A DNA stretch of 62,059 nucleotides, the filler included. It is 4 parts of 4 records of this genome, joined end to end, with 100 filler letters (N's around TTAATTAATTAA, not from the genome) between each part and the next. Parts side by side here need not be neighbours in the genome. Positions count along the whole stretch, not along the records: positions 1 to 28,265 come from SRR20825019_1355; 3 more parts are not named here. The stretch is one strand, 5' to 3'. This document shows, piece after piece, positions 9,314 through 17,787 of the stretch. Position numbers and translations under genes: made by a program. Each line of letters starts with the position of its first letter. The stretch's first letter is position 1. The notes beneath the pieces were generated by a model that was not told the DNA's origin, searched no databases, and worked only from the letters and a program-made list of their open reading frames with translations.

Positions 9314-11104
9314 CTAGAACTGATCCAGCGCCATGGCCATCACACTGTCGCCCGCATCGGTGATTTGCGGCAGCAGGGCCGGGGCCTGGCTCAGGTGATA
9401 ATCGGCGAAGAACCGGGCGCTGATCAGTTTGCTTTCCAGAAAGGCCGCATCGCCGTTGGCGCTTTGCTTCTGCTCCGTGGCTGCTTTCACGCCGCGCGCC
9501 AGCAACCAGCCGGCGCAGAGCAGCCCCATCAGGTTTTGAAAGGAAACACCACCAGAGGCAGCTTTCCCGGTATCGATCGGGAAGGTCGTGACCAGCCATT
9601 GCACGGCGCTTTCCGCCGCTTCCAGAGCCGTATCCATATTCCGGACAATGGCACGGGCGGACAGCTCGTCACTCGTGCGCAGCGGCTCCAGATCGGCGCG
9701 GATATCGGCGAACAATTCTTTCGCTGCTTCGCCGCCGTCACGGGCCACCTTGCGGCCGATCAGATCCATCGCCTGCACGCCGTTGGTGCCTTCATAGATC
9801 GTGGTAATCCGGGCATCGCGGTAATGCTGGGCGGCGCCTGTTTCCTCGATGAAGCCCATGCCGCCATGGATCTGGATGTTGGTGGAGGTGATGGCGAGGC
9901 CGGTATCGGTGCACCAGGACTTCACCACCGGGATCATCAGGTCGACCCGGCGCTGGGCACGTGCTCTTTTCTCCGGGTCTTCCTCCCGGTTGGCCCGGTC
10001 AATCTCGGCGGCGGTGTAATAGCAAAGACCGCGCATGCCTTCGATCTGGCTCTTCATGCCGAGCAGCATACGGCGGACGTCGGGATGCTGGATGATCGCA
10101 ACCGGCCCGTCGCTGCCCTGAATGGCGCGGCTCTGTACCCGATCGCGGGAAAAGGCGACGGCCTGCTGGTAGGCGCGCTCGGCAATGGCGAGGCCCTGCA
10201 GGCCAACCCCAAGACGGGCGTTGTTCATCATCACGAACATATATTCGATGCCGCGATTTTCCTCGCCGATCAGATAGGCGGTGGCGCCTTCATTATCGCC
10301 ATAGGACATGACGCAGGTCGGACTGGCATGGATGCCGAGCTTTTCTTCCAACGAAACCGGCCGGACATCGTTCCGGGCACCGAGGGAGCCGTCGTCATTC
10401 ACCATGAATTTCGGCACGATGAAAAGGGAGAGGCCTTTGCTGCCGGGCGGCCCGTCAGGAGAGCGGGCGAGGACGAGATGGACGATATTGTCCGTCATGT
10501 CGTGGTCGCCCCAGGTGATGAAGATCTTCTGGCCTTTCAGGAGATAGTGATCGCCCTTGCGCTCGGAGCGGGTACGGATGGCGCCGAGATCGGTGCCGGA
10601 TTGCGGCTCGGTCAGGTTCATGGTTCCGGTCCATTCGCCGGAAACCAGCTTGTGCAGGTATTTTTCCTTCTGCTCCGCGCTCGCATGCTTGGTCATGGCC
10701 TCGATGCCGGCCTGCGTGAGCAGCGGGCAGAGGGCGAAAGCGAGGTTGGCGCTGTTCCACATTTCCCAGACCGCCATGGTCAGGGAGATCGGCAGGTTCT
10801 GACCGCCGAACTCTTCCTCGAACGGCATGGCATTCCAGCCGCCTTGCCAGAACTGGCTGTAGGCCTCGGAAAACCCCGGAACCGGCCGGACAACGCCGTT
10901 TTCCAGCCGCGCTTTTTCCTTGTCTCCGACTTCGTTCAGCGGCGCCAGAACATCGCGGGAGAATTTGCCCGCTTCTTCCAGGATCTGGTCAGTGAGTTCC
11001 TGATCGGTGCCGTCGAAACCCGGCAGTGCTGCAATCTTGTCGAAGCCGACAATTTCGCGCAGCGTGAAACGCATATCGTCAAGCGGGGCGGAATAAACAG
11101 ACAT
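9314..11104 (-). CDS. Acyl-CoA dehydrogenase (~596 aa, long DmdC/AidB-like subgroup)
   Basis: Start MSVYSAPLDDMRF after GAGG; 'WTGTMNLTEPQSGTDL', 'GQKIFITWG', 'EEKLGIHASPTC', 'QIHGGMGFIEETG', 'IYEGTNG'. Confidence 0.92.
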   Translation of the reverse strand: MSVYSAPLDDMRFTLREIVGFDKIAALPGFDGTDQELTDQILEEAGKFSRDVLAPLNEVGDKEKARLENGVVRPVPGFSEAYSQFWQGGWNAMPFEEEFGGQNLPISLTMAVWEMWNSANLAFALCPLLTQAGIEAMTKHASAEQKEKYLHKLVSGEWTGTMNLTEPQSGTDLGAIRTRSERKGDHYLLKGQKIFITWGDHDMTDNIVHLVLARSPDGPPGSKGLSLFIVPKFMVNDDGSLGARNDVRPVSLEEKLGIHASPTCVMSYGDNEGATAYLIGEENRGIEYMFVMMNNARLGVGLQGLAIAERAYQQAVAFSRDRVQSRAIQGSDGPVAIIQHPDVRRMLLGMKSQIEGMRGLCYYTAAEIDRANREEDPEKRARAQRRVDLMIPVVKSWCTDTGLAITSTNIQIHGGMGFIEETGAAQHYRDARITTIYEGTNGVQAMDLIGRKVARDGGEAAKELFADIRADLEPLRTSDELSARAIVRNMDTALEAAESAVQWLVTTFPIDTGKAASGGVSFQNLMGLLCAGWLLARGVKAATEQKQSANGDAAFLESKLISARFFADYHLSQAPALLPQITDAGDSVMAMALDQF

Positions 11105-11265
11105 CGGTTTCCTCACACTTCGTCGGACCGGGCTGTGATGCCCGGCTCCCAATTGTTTGCCGCAGTCTAGTGCCTGCGGCACGTGTTGCAATCCAAATAG
11201 GACGGAACACAAGTCGGGGAAGTGATGAGTAATGTCCGGCTCCGGAATGGAGCCGGACAAGGCGT

Positions 11266-11754
11266 TCAGGCACCTATCTTGATCCGGCGCTCCGCATGCG
11301 TGCCGTCTTTGCTCTTCGGCATCGAAATGGTGAGAACACCTTTATCGAAGGAGGCTTTGATTTTTGCCTCATCGATGTTTTCCGGGACCTTGAAGGAGCG
11401 CTGGAACTGGCCATAGCGGCGTTCCGTCAGGTGGTAATTGTCCTTTTCGTCCTTCTTTTCCTCGGTCTTCTCGCCTTTCACAGTAATCGTGCCGTTCTTC
11501 ACCGTAACCTCGACATCCTCTTCCCCCATGCCGGGGAGTTCGGTGGAGATGGAGATCTCGGTGCCGCTTTCCTTCATGTCCGTGGTGGGAACAACGAGGC
11601 CGCTATGCGTACCGGCGAAAGGCAGCGGCATGGAAAATGCGGGGGATTGCAGAAAACTGTGGAACATACGGTCCATTTCGGCGCGAAAGGCCGAAAACGG
11701 GTCGGCGTATGTTTTGGCGGGTTCCGAACTCTTACTCTCTGTGATGTTGCCCAT
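11266..11754 (-). CDS. Small heat-shock protein Hsp20/alpha-crystallin
   Basis: 'ELPGM', 'ERRYGQFQRSF', 'ASFDKGVLTI..PK'; AAGGAG RBS. Confidence 0.93.
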   Translation of the reverse strand: MGNITESKSSEPAKTYADPFSAFRAEMDRMFHSFLQSPAFSMPLPFAGTHSGLVVPTTDMKESGTEISISTELPGMGEEDVEVTVKNGTITVKGEKTEEKKDEKDNYHLTERRYGQFQRSFKVPENIDEAKIKASFDKGVLTISMPKSKDGTHAERRIKIGA

Positions 11755-11799
11755 GGCCTTTCTCCTTCGCTCTGGAACATTCGTTAATGCTCAGGCAGG

Positions 11800-11841
11800 A
11801 GAATAGGCAGTCACCGCCGGACGCTCATTGAGCTAGGTCAA
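11800..11841 (-). promoter_or_regulatory. Putative FNR/FixK-type class II promoter of hsp20
   Basis: TTGAC-CTAG-CTCAA (11828-11841, minus strand) centred about 41.5 nt upstream of the +1 implied by a TATTCT -10 at 11800-11805. Confidence 0.5.
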
Positions 11842-11865
11842 TAAGCGTCCGGGGCAGGAAAGATA

Positions 11866-13332
11866 TCAGATCACCTTGCCGGGATTCATGATCCCGTTCG
11901 GGTCGATGGCGGCCTTCAGCGTCCGCATCAGATCGAGGGAGACCGGGTCCTTGTAGTGGGCCAGCTCATCGCGCTTCAGGCGGCCGATGCCGTGTTCCGC
12001 GCTGATCGAGCCGCCGAAGGACACGACAACATCGTGAACCGCCCGGTTGTACTCGTCCCATCGATTGACGAATGCTTTTGAATCGCCGCCTTCCGGCTCC
12101 GCCACATTGTAATGCAGGTTACCATCGCCGGCATGCCCGAAGGCAACGATCCTCGCGTTCTCGTCAACCTTGCTGATTGCTTCAGCGGCGGCCTTGTAGA
12201 AAGCGGGCAGGCTGGCAACCGGAACGGAGACGTCGTGCTTGATGGAGGCGCCTTCGATCTTCTGGGATTCGGAGGCATTCTCGCGCAGCTTCCAGAATTC
12301 CTGACGCTGCTGCTCGTTCTGGGCGAGGGCGGCGTCCAGGATCAGGCCGTCTTCCATGGCGGCGGCCAGAATGGCCTCGAACTTTTCCTCGATGCCGGTG
12401 TCATTGTCCGACGTGGTGACCAGTTCGATCAGCGTATACATCTCGTACCGCTCGCCAAGCGGGTCCTGGCAGTCCGGCATGTGCTTCAGTACGAGGTCGA
12501 TGACTAGCCGGGGGATCAGCTCGAATGTCTCGACACTGTCGCCGCTTTCCGCCCGGGCCCGTTGCAGCAGTTCAATGGCAGCGTCCACGTCACGGATGGC
12601 ACAGAAGGCGGTGCGGATATCGCGCGGCTTCGGGAACAGTTTCACGACCGCAGCGGTGATGATGCCGAGGGTGCCTTCGGCGCCGACGAAAAGATGCTTC
12701 AGGTCGTAGCCGGTATTGTCTTTCCTGAGGCTGCCGAGACCGTTCCAGATCCGGCCGTCCGGTAGGACAACCTCAAGGCCGAGCGTCAGATCCCGGGTGT
12801 TGCCATAGCGCAGAACGTTCGTGCCGCCTGCATTGGTGCTGAGATTGCCGCCGATCATGCAGCTGCCTTCGGCGGCGAGGCTGAGCGGGAAATAACGGTC
12901 GGCCTTGGCTGCTTCCTCCTGCAGGAATTGCAGTACGCAACCGGCTTCCACGGTCATTGTGTAATTCAGTGGGTCGATCGAGCGGACCTTGTTCATCCGT
13001 GCCAGCGACAGGACGATCTCGTTGCCGGTCTCGAACGGCACGGAGCCGCCGCACAGGCTGGTGTTGCCGCCCTGGGGGACGACAGGGATACCCGCTTCGT
13101 TACAAAGCTTCAGGACACCGGAGACTTCGGCGGCGCTGATGGGTTTGACCACCATCTGCGCGCGGCCATGGAAAAGCCCGCGATCCTCGACAAGATTGGG
13201 CTCCATGGCGGCGGGATCGGAGGTCCAGCCCTTCGGGCCGACGATTTCCTTGATTTTTTCGAGCGCGGCGGCCTCTTCGGCGGTCGGCGAATAGGGGGTG
13301 TCTGAAAGGGCCATGGTGCGCGGGGCGGACAT
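11866..13332 (-). CDS. FAD-binding oxidoreductase (D-2-hydroxyacid dehydrogenase/GlcD-like)
   Basis: 'PQGGNTSLCGG', 'IGGNLSTNAGG', 'LRKDNTGYDL', 'GHAGDGNLH', 'SAEHGIG', 'NPGK'. Confidence 0.9.
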   Translation of the reverse strand: MSAPRTMALSDTPYSPTAEEAAALEKIKEIVGPKGWTSDPAAMEPNLVEDRGLFHGRAQMVVKPISAAEVSGVLKLCNEAGIPVVPQGGNTSLCGGSVPFETGNEIVLSLARMNKVRSIDPLNYTMTVEAGCVLQFLQEEAAKADRYFPLSLAAEGSCMIGGNLSTNAGGTNVLRYGNTRDLTLGLEVVLPDGRIWNGLGSLRKDNTGYDLKHLFVGAEGTLGIITAAVVKLFPKPRDIRTAFCAIRDVDAAIELLQRARAESGDSVETFELIPRLVIDLVLKHMPDCQDPLGERYEMYTLIELVTTSDNDTGIEEKFEAILAAAMEDGLILDAALAQNEQQRQEFWKLRENASESQKIEGASIKHDVSVPVASLPAFYKAAAEAISKVDENARIVAFGHAGDGNLHYNVAEPEGGDSKAFVNRWDEYNRAVHDVVVSFGGSISAEHGIGRLKRDELAHYKDPVSLDLMRTLKAAIDPNGIMNPGKVI

Positions 13333-13416
13333 AAAAGGGTCTCCGGTGCGAATGCAAGTCGGCAGCAATATTAGGCAGCGGCGCTGGAACGACAACCCGC
13401 CTCTGCGCGAAGGCAC

Positions 13417-14370
13417 CTATGCGCGGGGTGCAGCGGCGCGGCGGAGCCTGTCGTTGATGGCAGTGCCAAGCCCTGTTTCAGGGATCGGAGCGACTGCGAT
13501 GCCAGACGCCCCGGGCTTGTCGAGTACGCGCAGCAGGCCGAAGAGATTGGCGGCAGCCTCGGTCAGATCTCCCGATGCACTGAGGGTCTCCGAGCCTGCC
13601 GGGCCAGTGATGGTGCCAAAACCGAGAAAGACTTCCCCATCATCAGCGGATGCTGCATTGAGGCGAACGGGAAGGGCTGGGGCGTAATGGCTTTCCAGCA
13701 TGCCCGGGGCGGCGATTTTTGCGCCCGCACCGGCAATGGAAACAGCTCCCAGCAGCGGTTCGAGCATTTCCGCCGTCACGGCGCCGGGCCGGAGAATGGC
13801 AGGCCGGTCTCCAGAGAGATCCAGAACGGTGGATTCAAGGCCGACGGAGCAGGGGCCGCCATCCAGAATGATCGAGACCTTGCCCGCCAGCCCGGTAAAG
13901 ACATGTTCCGCCGTGGTTGGGCTGACCCGGCCTGAGGGATTGGCGCTCGGTGCCGCGATGGGACGATCAACGGCGCGCAGCAGCTCGGCGGCGAGCGGGT
14001 GTGCGGGCACCCGGATGGCGATGGTATCGAGCCCGGCGCTGGCGAGCAGGGAGATCGGGCACTTGTCCCGCCTCTGCACCACGAGGGTCATCGGCCCCGG
14101 CCAGAAGGCTTCGGCGACATCGCGGGCGCGCGCGTCAAAATCACCGAGAGCGAAAGCGGCCTCCAGGTCCGGTACATGAGAGATCAGCGGATTGAAGCTC
14201 GGACGGGCCTTTGCCTCGAATATCCGGGCGACGGCCGTATCGTCGGTCGCGTCGCCGCCGAGCCCATAGACGGTCTCGGTCGGGAATGCCACAAGCGCGC
14301 CGGCCGCGAGTGTAGCGGCGGCTTCGTAGAGCGCTGCGTCGGTTGGTTTAAGGATCCGCGTTTCTATCAT
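13417..14370 (-). CDS. tsaC: L-threonylcarbamoyladenylate synthase (Sua5/TsaC)
   Basis: 'FPTETVYGLG', 'KARPSFNPLI', 'AAPSANPSG', 'PGMLESHYAP' Sua5 domain. Confidence 0.93.
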   Translation of the reverse strand: MIETRILKPTDAALYEAAATLAAGALVAFPTETVYGLGGDATDDTAVARIFEAKARPSFNPLISHVPDLEAAFALGDFDARARDVAEAFWPGPMTLVVQRRDKCPISLLASAGLDTIAIRVPAHPLAAELLRAVDRPIAAPSANPSGRVSPTTAEHVFTGLAGKVSIILDGGPCSVGLESTVLDLSGDRPAILRPGAVTAEMLEPLLGAVSIAGAGAKIAAPGMLESHYAPALPVRLNAASADDGEVFLGFGTITGPAGSETLSASGDLTEAAANLFGLLRVLDKPGASGIAVAPIPETGLGTAINDRLRRAAAPRA

Positions 14371-14492
14371 GACCGCCGCTTATCCGCCGGTCCGGCGGGT
14401 ACGGTCAAGAGATGGTCTTATGTTGCGATGCACAAAAATGGTGTTAACGTGCGCTGTGAGCTACAGTCGTGATGCAGCCTGGGAGTGCGGCC

Positions 14493-15143
14493 ATGACGGG
14501 AACCATCATCACTATTGCGCAACAGAAGGGCGGAGCGGGCAAGACCACGCTGGCGGCCCAGCTTGCCGTTGCGCTGGCACATAGCGGCATGCGCGTCGCG
14601 GCCATCGATATCGATCCGCAGATGAGCCTTTCCACCTGGTTCGCCATGCGGGCCGAAATGCATGGCGACCTTGTCTACAAGGGCAAGGGGGCGCTGGCGA
14701 TCCTGCAGGTCACCGGCTGGCGCGCGGCGTCGGAGATCGAGCGTCAGGCGAAGGAAAACGATGTGGTTATCGTCGATTCCCCGCCGCATGCCGAAACCGA
14801 GGCGCGGATCGCGGTGCGCAATGCCCATCTGGCCGTCATTCCGGTACAGCCGAGCCCGATGGATGTCTGGGCGACGAAACCGACACTGGATATGGCGGCC
14901 AAGGAAAAAACCCCGGTGCTTCTGGTGCTCAACCGGGTGCCACCACGGGCAAAACTGACGGAACGCATGGTCGCGGCGCTGGCTGAACTTAAGGTGCCGG
15001 TGGCTAAAACGCAGATTGGCAACCGCGTGGCTCTGGCCAGCAGCATGGCGGACGGGCTTGGCGTCGTTGAATTCGCAAAAAGCAGCGTCGCGGCGAAAGA
15101 GATCACCGCACTGGCAAAGTTGGTGCTGAAGGCCGCCGGTTAA
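14493..15143 (+). CDS. ParA-family ATPase (orphan)
   Basis: Deviant Walker A 'QKGGAGKTT', 'IDIDPQ', 'VIVDSPP'; no adjacent parB. Confidence 0.88.
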   Translation: MTGTIITIAQQKGGAGKTTLAAQLAVALAHSGMRVAAIDIDPQMSLSTWFAMRAEMHGDLVYKGKGALAILQVTGWRAASEIERQAKENDVVIVDSPPHAETEARIAVRNAHLAVIPVQPSPMDVWATKPTLDMAAKEKTPVLLVLNRVPPRAKLTERMVAALAELKVPVAKTQIGNRVALASSMADGLGVVEFAKSSVAAKEITALAKLVLKAAG

Positions 15144-15913
15144 AAGTTGCGGCCCTTGGCGATGAACATCCCATTGAGGAACTTTTCCCCGGACTTGCCG
15201 TAACGGAACGGCGTGCCGTCGAACGCGGTCATGGTGCCGCCGGCGGAATTCAGGACGGCGTGGCCAGCGGCGGTATCCCATTCGCAGGTCGGGCCGGTGC
15301 GCGGATAAACGTCCGCTTCGCCACGGGCGACCAGGCAAAATTTCAGCGCCGAGCCGCGCGACACGGAATGAGCCGGTTTCAGGGTCTCGATATATTCCTC
15401 AAGCTCCGGCGAGCGGTGGGAGCGGCTGGCAACGACCGTCAGCGTTTCCGGCGTGGCCTCGCGCACGGAAATCGGCGTGCGGGTACCGTCGGCTTCTTCC
15501 TCGAACGCGCCGCCACCGACGAAACCGGCGGAGGCCCGGCCGTCAACAGGTGTCAGCACCACACCCAAAGTGGGCTCGAAATTCTCCACCAGACCGATAT
15601 TCACCGTGAAGTCACCGTTCCGGCGGATATATTCCTTGGTGCCGTCCAGCGGGTCGACCAGCCAGAAGGTGCCGCCGGAGACATCCGGATTGTGGCCGTC
15701 GGCGAAGCTCTCTTCCGAGATGATCGGGATTTCCGGTGTCAGCTTTTCAAGCGCCGGGAAGATCAGCGCATCGGCTGCCCGGTCCGCGGCGGTAACCGGC
15801 GAGCCGTCCGTCTTCTCGTCGACCGCGATCTCGCCCTCGTAATATTTCAGGATCAGAGCCGAGGCGTCCCGGGCAATCAGAATGACTTCGTTCAGCAGGG
15901 CCTGTTTGTCCAT
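15140..15913 (-). CDS. cysQ: 3'(2'),5'-bisphosphate nucleotidase
   Basis: 'SPVTAAD', 'ISEES', 'WLVDPLDGTKEY', 'SRSH', 'EWDTAAG'. Confidence 0.92.
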   Translation of the reverse strand: MDKQALLNEVILIARDASALILKYYEGEIAVDEKTDGSPVTAADRAADALIFPALEKLTPEIPIISEESFADGHNPDVSGGTFWLVDPLDGTKEYIRRNGDFTVNIGLVENFEPTLGVVLTPVDGRASAGFVGGGAFEEEADGTRTPISVREATPETLTVVASRSHRSPELEEYIETLKPAHSVSRGSALKFCLVARGEADVYPRTGPTCEWDTAAGHAVLNSAGGTMTAFDGTPFRYGKSGEKFLNGMFIAKGRNF

Positions 15914-15998
15914 GATCTGTCCGGCAGAGTGTTGATAGGGGGCGGTGTCGGTCGTAGTTTCGATCTGCAATACTGGAATTGGACGGGTTTGAACAGGC

Positions 15999-16715
15999 AT
16001 GTGCGGTCGTTACAGCATCAAAACGCCCCCGGAAGATCTGTTCCGGCTCTTCGCGGTGACGGACATGCTCAATCTGGAGTCGCGTTACAATATGGCGCCG
16101 ATGCAGACCGCGCCGGTGGTCCGGGACCGTGACGGCAAACGGCATATGGACCGGCTCCGCTGGGGGCTTGTGCCAAGCTGGGCGCCGGATGAAAGCCGCG
16201 CCGCATCCCTGATCAACGGGCGATCGGAAACGGCCGCTGAGAAGCCGTCTTTCCGGGACGCCTATGCGAAGCGGCGCTGTCTGGTGCCAGCCGATGGCTT
16301 TTATGAGTGGCGCAAGGTCGCTGGCGGTAAACAGCCTTACAGGGTCTCGCTTGAGGGAGAGCGCCCGTTTGCGTTCGCGGGGCTTTGGGAGCGCTGGGAA
16401 AAAGGCGCCGAGCCGGTAGAGACTTTCACCCTGCTGACCGTGGATGCCGATCCCAGGATCGAGCACATCCACCACCGGATGCCGGTCATGCTGTCGGAGC
16501 CGGAGGAATTTGCCCGCTGGCTGGACGGCGATGCGGAGGACCGGGCGGCGCTGTTGCGCCCTTATGGCAAGGAAGACCTCGTTTTCACGTCAGTCTCGAC
16601 GCGCGTCGGGAATGTCCGGAACGACGATCCGGCGCTGATGGAGCCCGTCGTTGAGGGAGAGGCGGGAAGTGTGGACGCGCCCAGGGCCGCTCCCCGGCAA
16701 GGCTCCCTGTTCTGA
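15999..16715 (+). CDS. SOS response-associated peptidase (SRAP/YedK-HMCES, abasic-site sensor)
   Basis: N-terminal MCGRY (catalytic Cys2), 'RWGLVPSW', 'RRCLVPADGFYEW', 'IHHRMPV'. Confidence 0.92.
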   Translation: MCGRYSIKTPPEDLFRLFAVTDMLNLESRYNMAPMQTAPVVRDRDGKRHMDRLRWGLVPSWAPDESRAASLINGRSETAAEKPSFRDAYAKRRCLVPADGFYEWRKVAGGKQPYRVSLEGERPFAFAGLWERWEKGAEPVETFTLLTVDADPRIEHIHHRMPVMLSEPEEFARWLDGDAEDRAALLRPYGKEDLVFTSVSTRVGNVRNDDPALMEPVVEGEAGSVDAPRAAPRQGSLF

Positions 16716-16727
16716 CAGAGGCTTGCT

Positions 16728-17765
16728 CTATTCCCGGGGGCAGCGATTCAGGATCTGGATTGTGTTGCCGCTTGCCATGAAGCCGCCTGTGCCGGTCGAT
16801 CCCGCCATCTGGATATCGTTCGGCCCGAGCTTCTGCAGATGCTCAACAAGCGTGGGGGAGCGTCGCAGGTAGAACTGGAAATCGTCTTCCATGGTCTCGG
16901 TGATATTGACGGTTTCCGCAGAGGTCTTTCCTTCGCGGGTCACGGTGTAGCCGGAACCGGTGAAGATCACGTAATTCTCCGCGCAATTGTCCGGTGACCA
17001 GCGGCCGACCAGCGTCGGCGCAATGCCGCTATAGCGGATGACATTGCCCGTGGTCAGGGGCATCACCACAGGCTCATCCGCCGTATGGCTCCCCATTTCC
17101 GGCTCGTCATGGGCCATTGAGGCATGCGGGAACATGCGAGCGTAGCTGCCAAGACCGACCTTGTCGGCGAGAGAAAGCATCGCAGGATGCTGCAGGTACA
17201 GCATGACCGAGATCGCGCCGCCGCCAAGGAGCAGCAGGACCAGCAGCAGCAGGATGATGGTTTTCAGGGCGGAGCGTTTTTTCCGGGGCGCGGGTTTCCG
17301 GAAGATGGGTGGGAGGTCATCGTAGGCTTGACGCTCGGAGGCACCGCCCCGGTCTACGGGCCAGGTCTCTTCGGCTTCTGCCGGCTCCGGCTCGTAAGTC
17401 ATCGAGACACTTTCGTCCCGGCGCGGAGCTTCGGTCCGCTCCTCGTCATATTCTTCCGGCCCGGACTCCGCTCCGAAACCGTCCACCGCGTCATCATCAA
17501 ACCCGGCTTCCGGCTCTTCCTCAACCATCGGCAGATCGATGCTGGACTGGTCGATATAGAACAGCTGGGCATATTGCCAGTCGCCGGATGCGTCGTCGTG
17601 GTAAGCGCCGACGAGCCGGATTTCCGCGCCGCGATCATGCGCGATTTCCCGCGCCAATCCGGATTTCAGAACGGAATAGGCCCGGGCCTGCTCGACGGTC
17701 TCCCAAGGGCCGCCACGATCGGTGGCGGGGCGGGACTGGAGGTAATAATGCGCATATCGCTTCAT
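16728..17765 (-). CDS. Hypothetical single-pass membrane protein
   Basis: 345-aa ORF with good coding pattern: N domain, acidic linker, basic patch, one TM helix, C domain with two Cys. Confidence 0.7.
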   Translation of the reverse strand: MKRYAHYYLQSRPATDRGGPWETVEQARAYSVLKSGLAREIAHDRGAEIRLVGAYHDDASGDWQYAQLFYIDQSSIDLPMVEEEPEAGFDDDAVDGFGAESGPEEYDEERTEAPRRDESVSMTYEPEPAEAEETWPVDRGGASERQAYDDLPPIFRKPAPRKKRSALKTIILLLLVLLLLGGGAISVMLYLQHPAMLSLADKVGLGSYARMFPHASMAHDEPEMGSHTADEPVVMPLTTGNVIRYSGIAPTLVGRWSPDNCAENYVIFTGSGYTVTREGKTSAETVNITETMEDDFQFYLRRSPTLVEHLQKLGPNDIQMAGSTGTGGFMASGNTIQILNRCPRE

Positions 17766-17787
17766 GACGGACCCGATGATAACCGTG

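Noticed and set aside
9314-11104. Calling the acyl-CoA dehydrogenase dmdC (DMSP demethylation)
   Set aside because: Subfamily resemblance only; no dmdA/B/D context in the window.
9365-11170. Long antisense ORFs (e.g. 599-1594, 2279-3661, 9365-11170, 18052-19395, 45694-47001, 58623-59744)
   Set aside because: They shadow well-supported genes on the opposite strand, have no recognisable motifs, and are expected from GC-rich codon bias.
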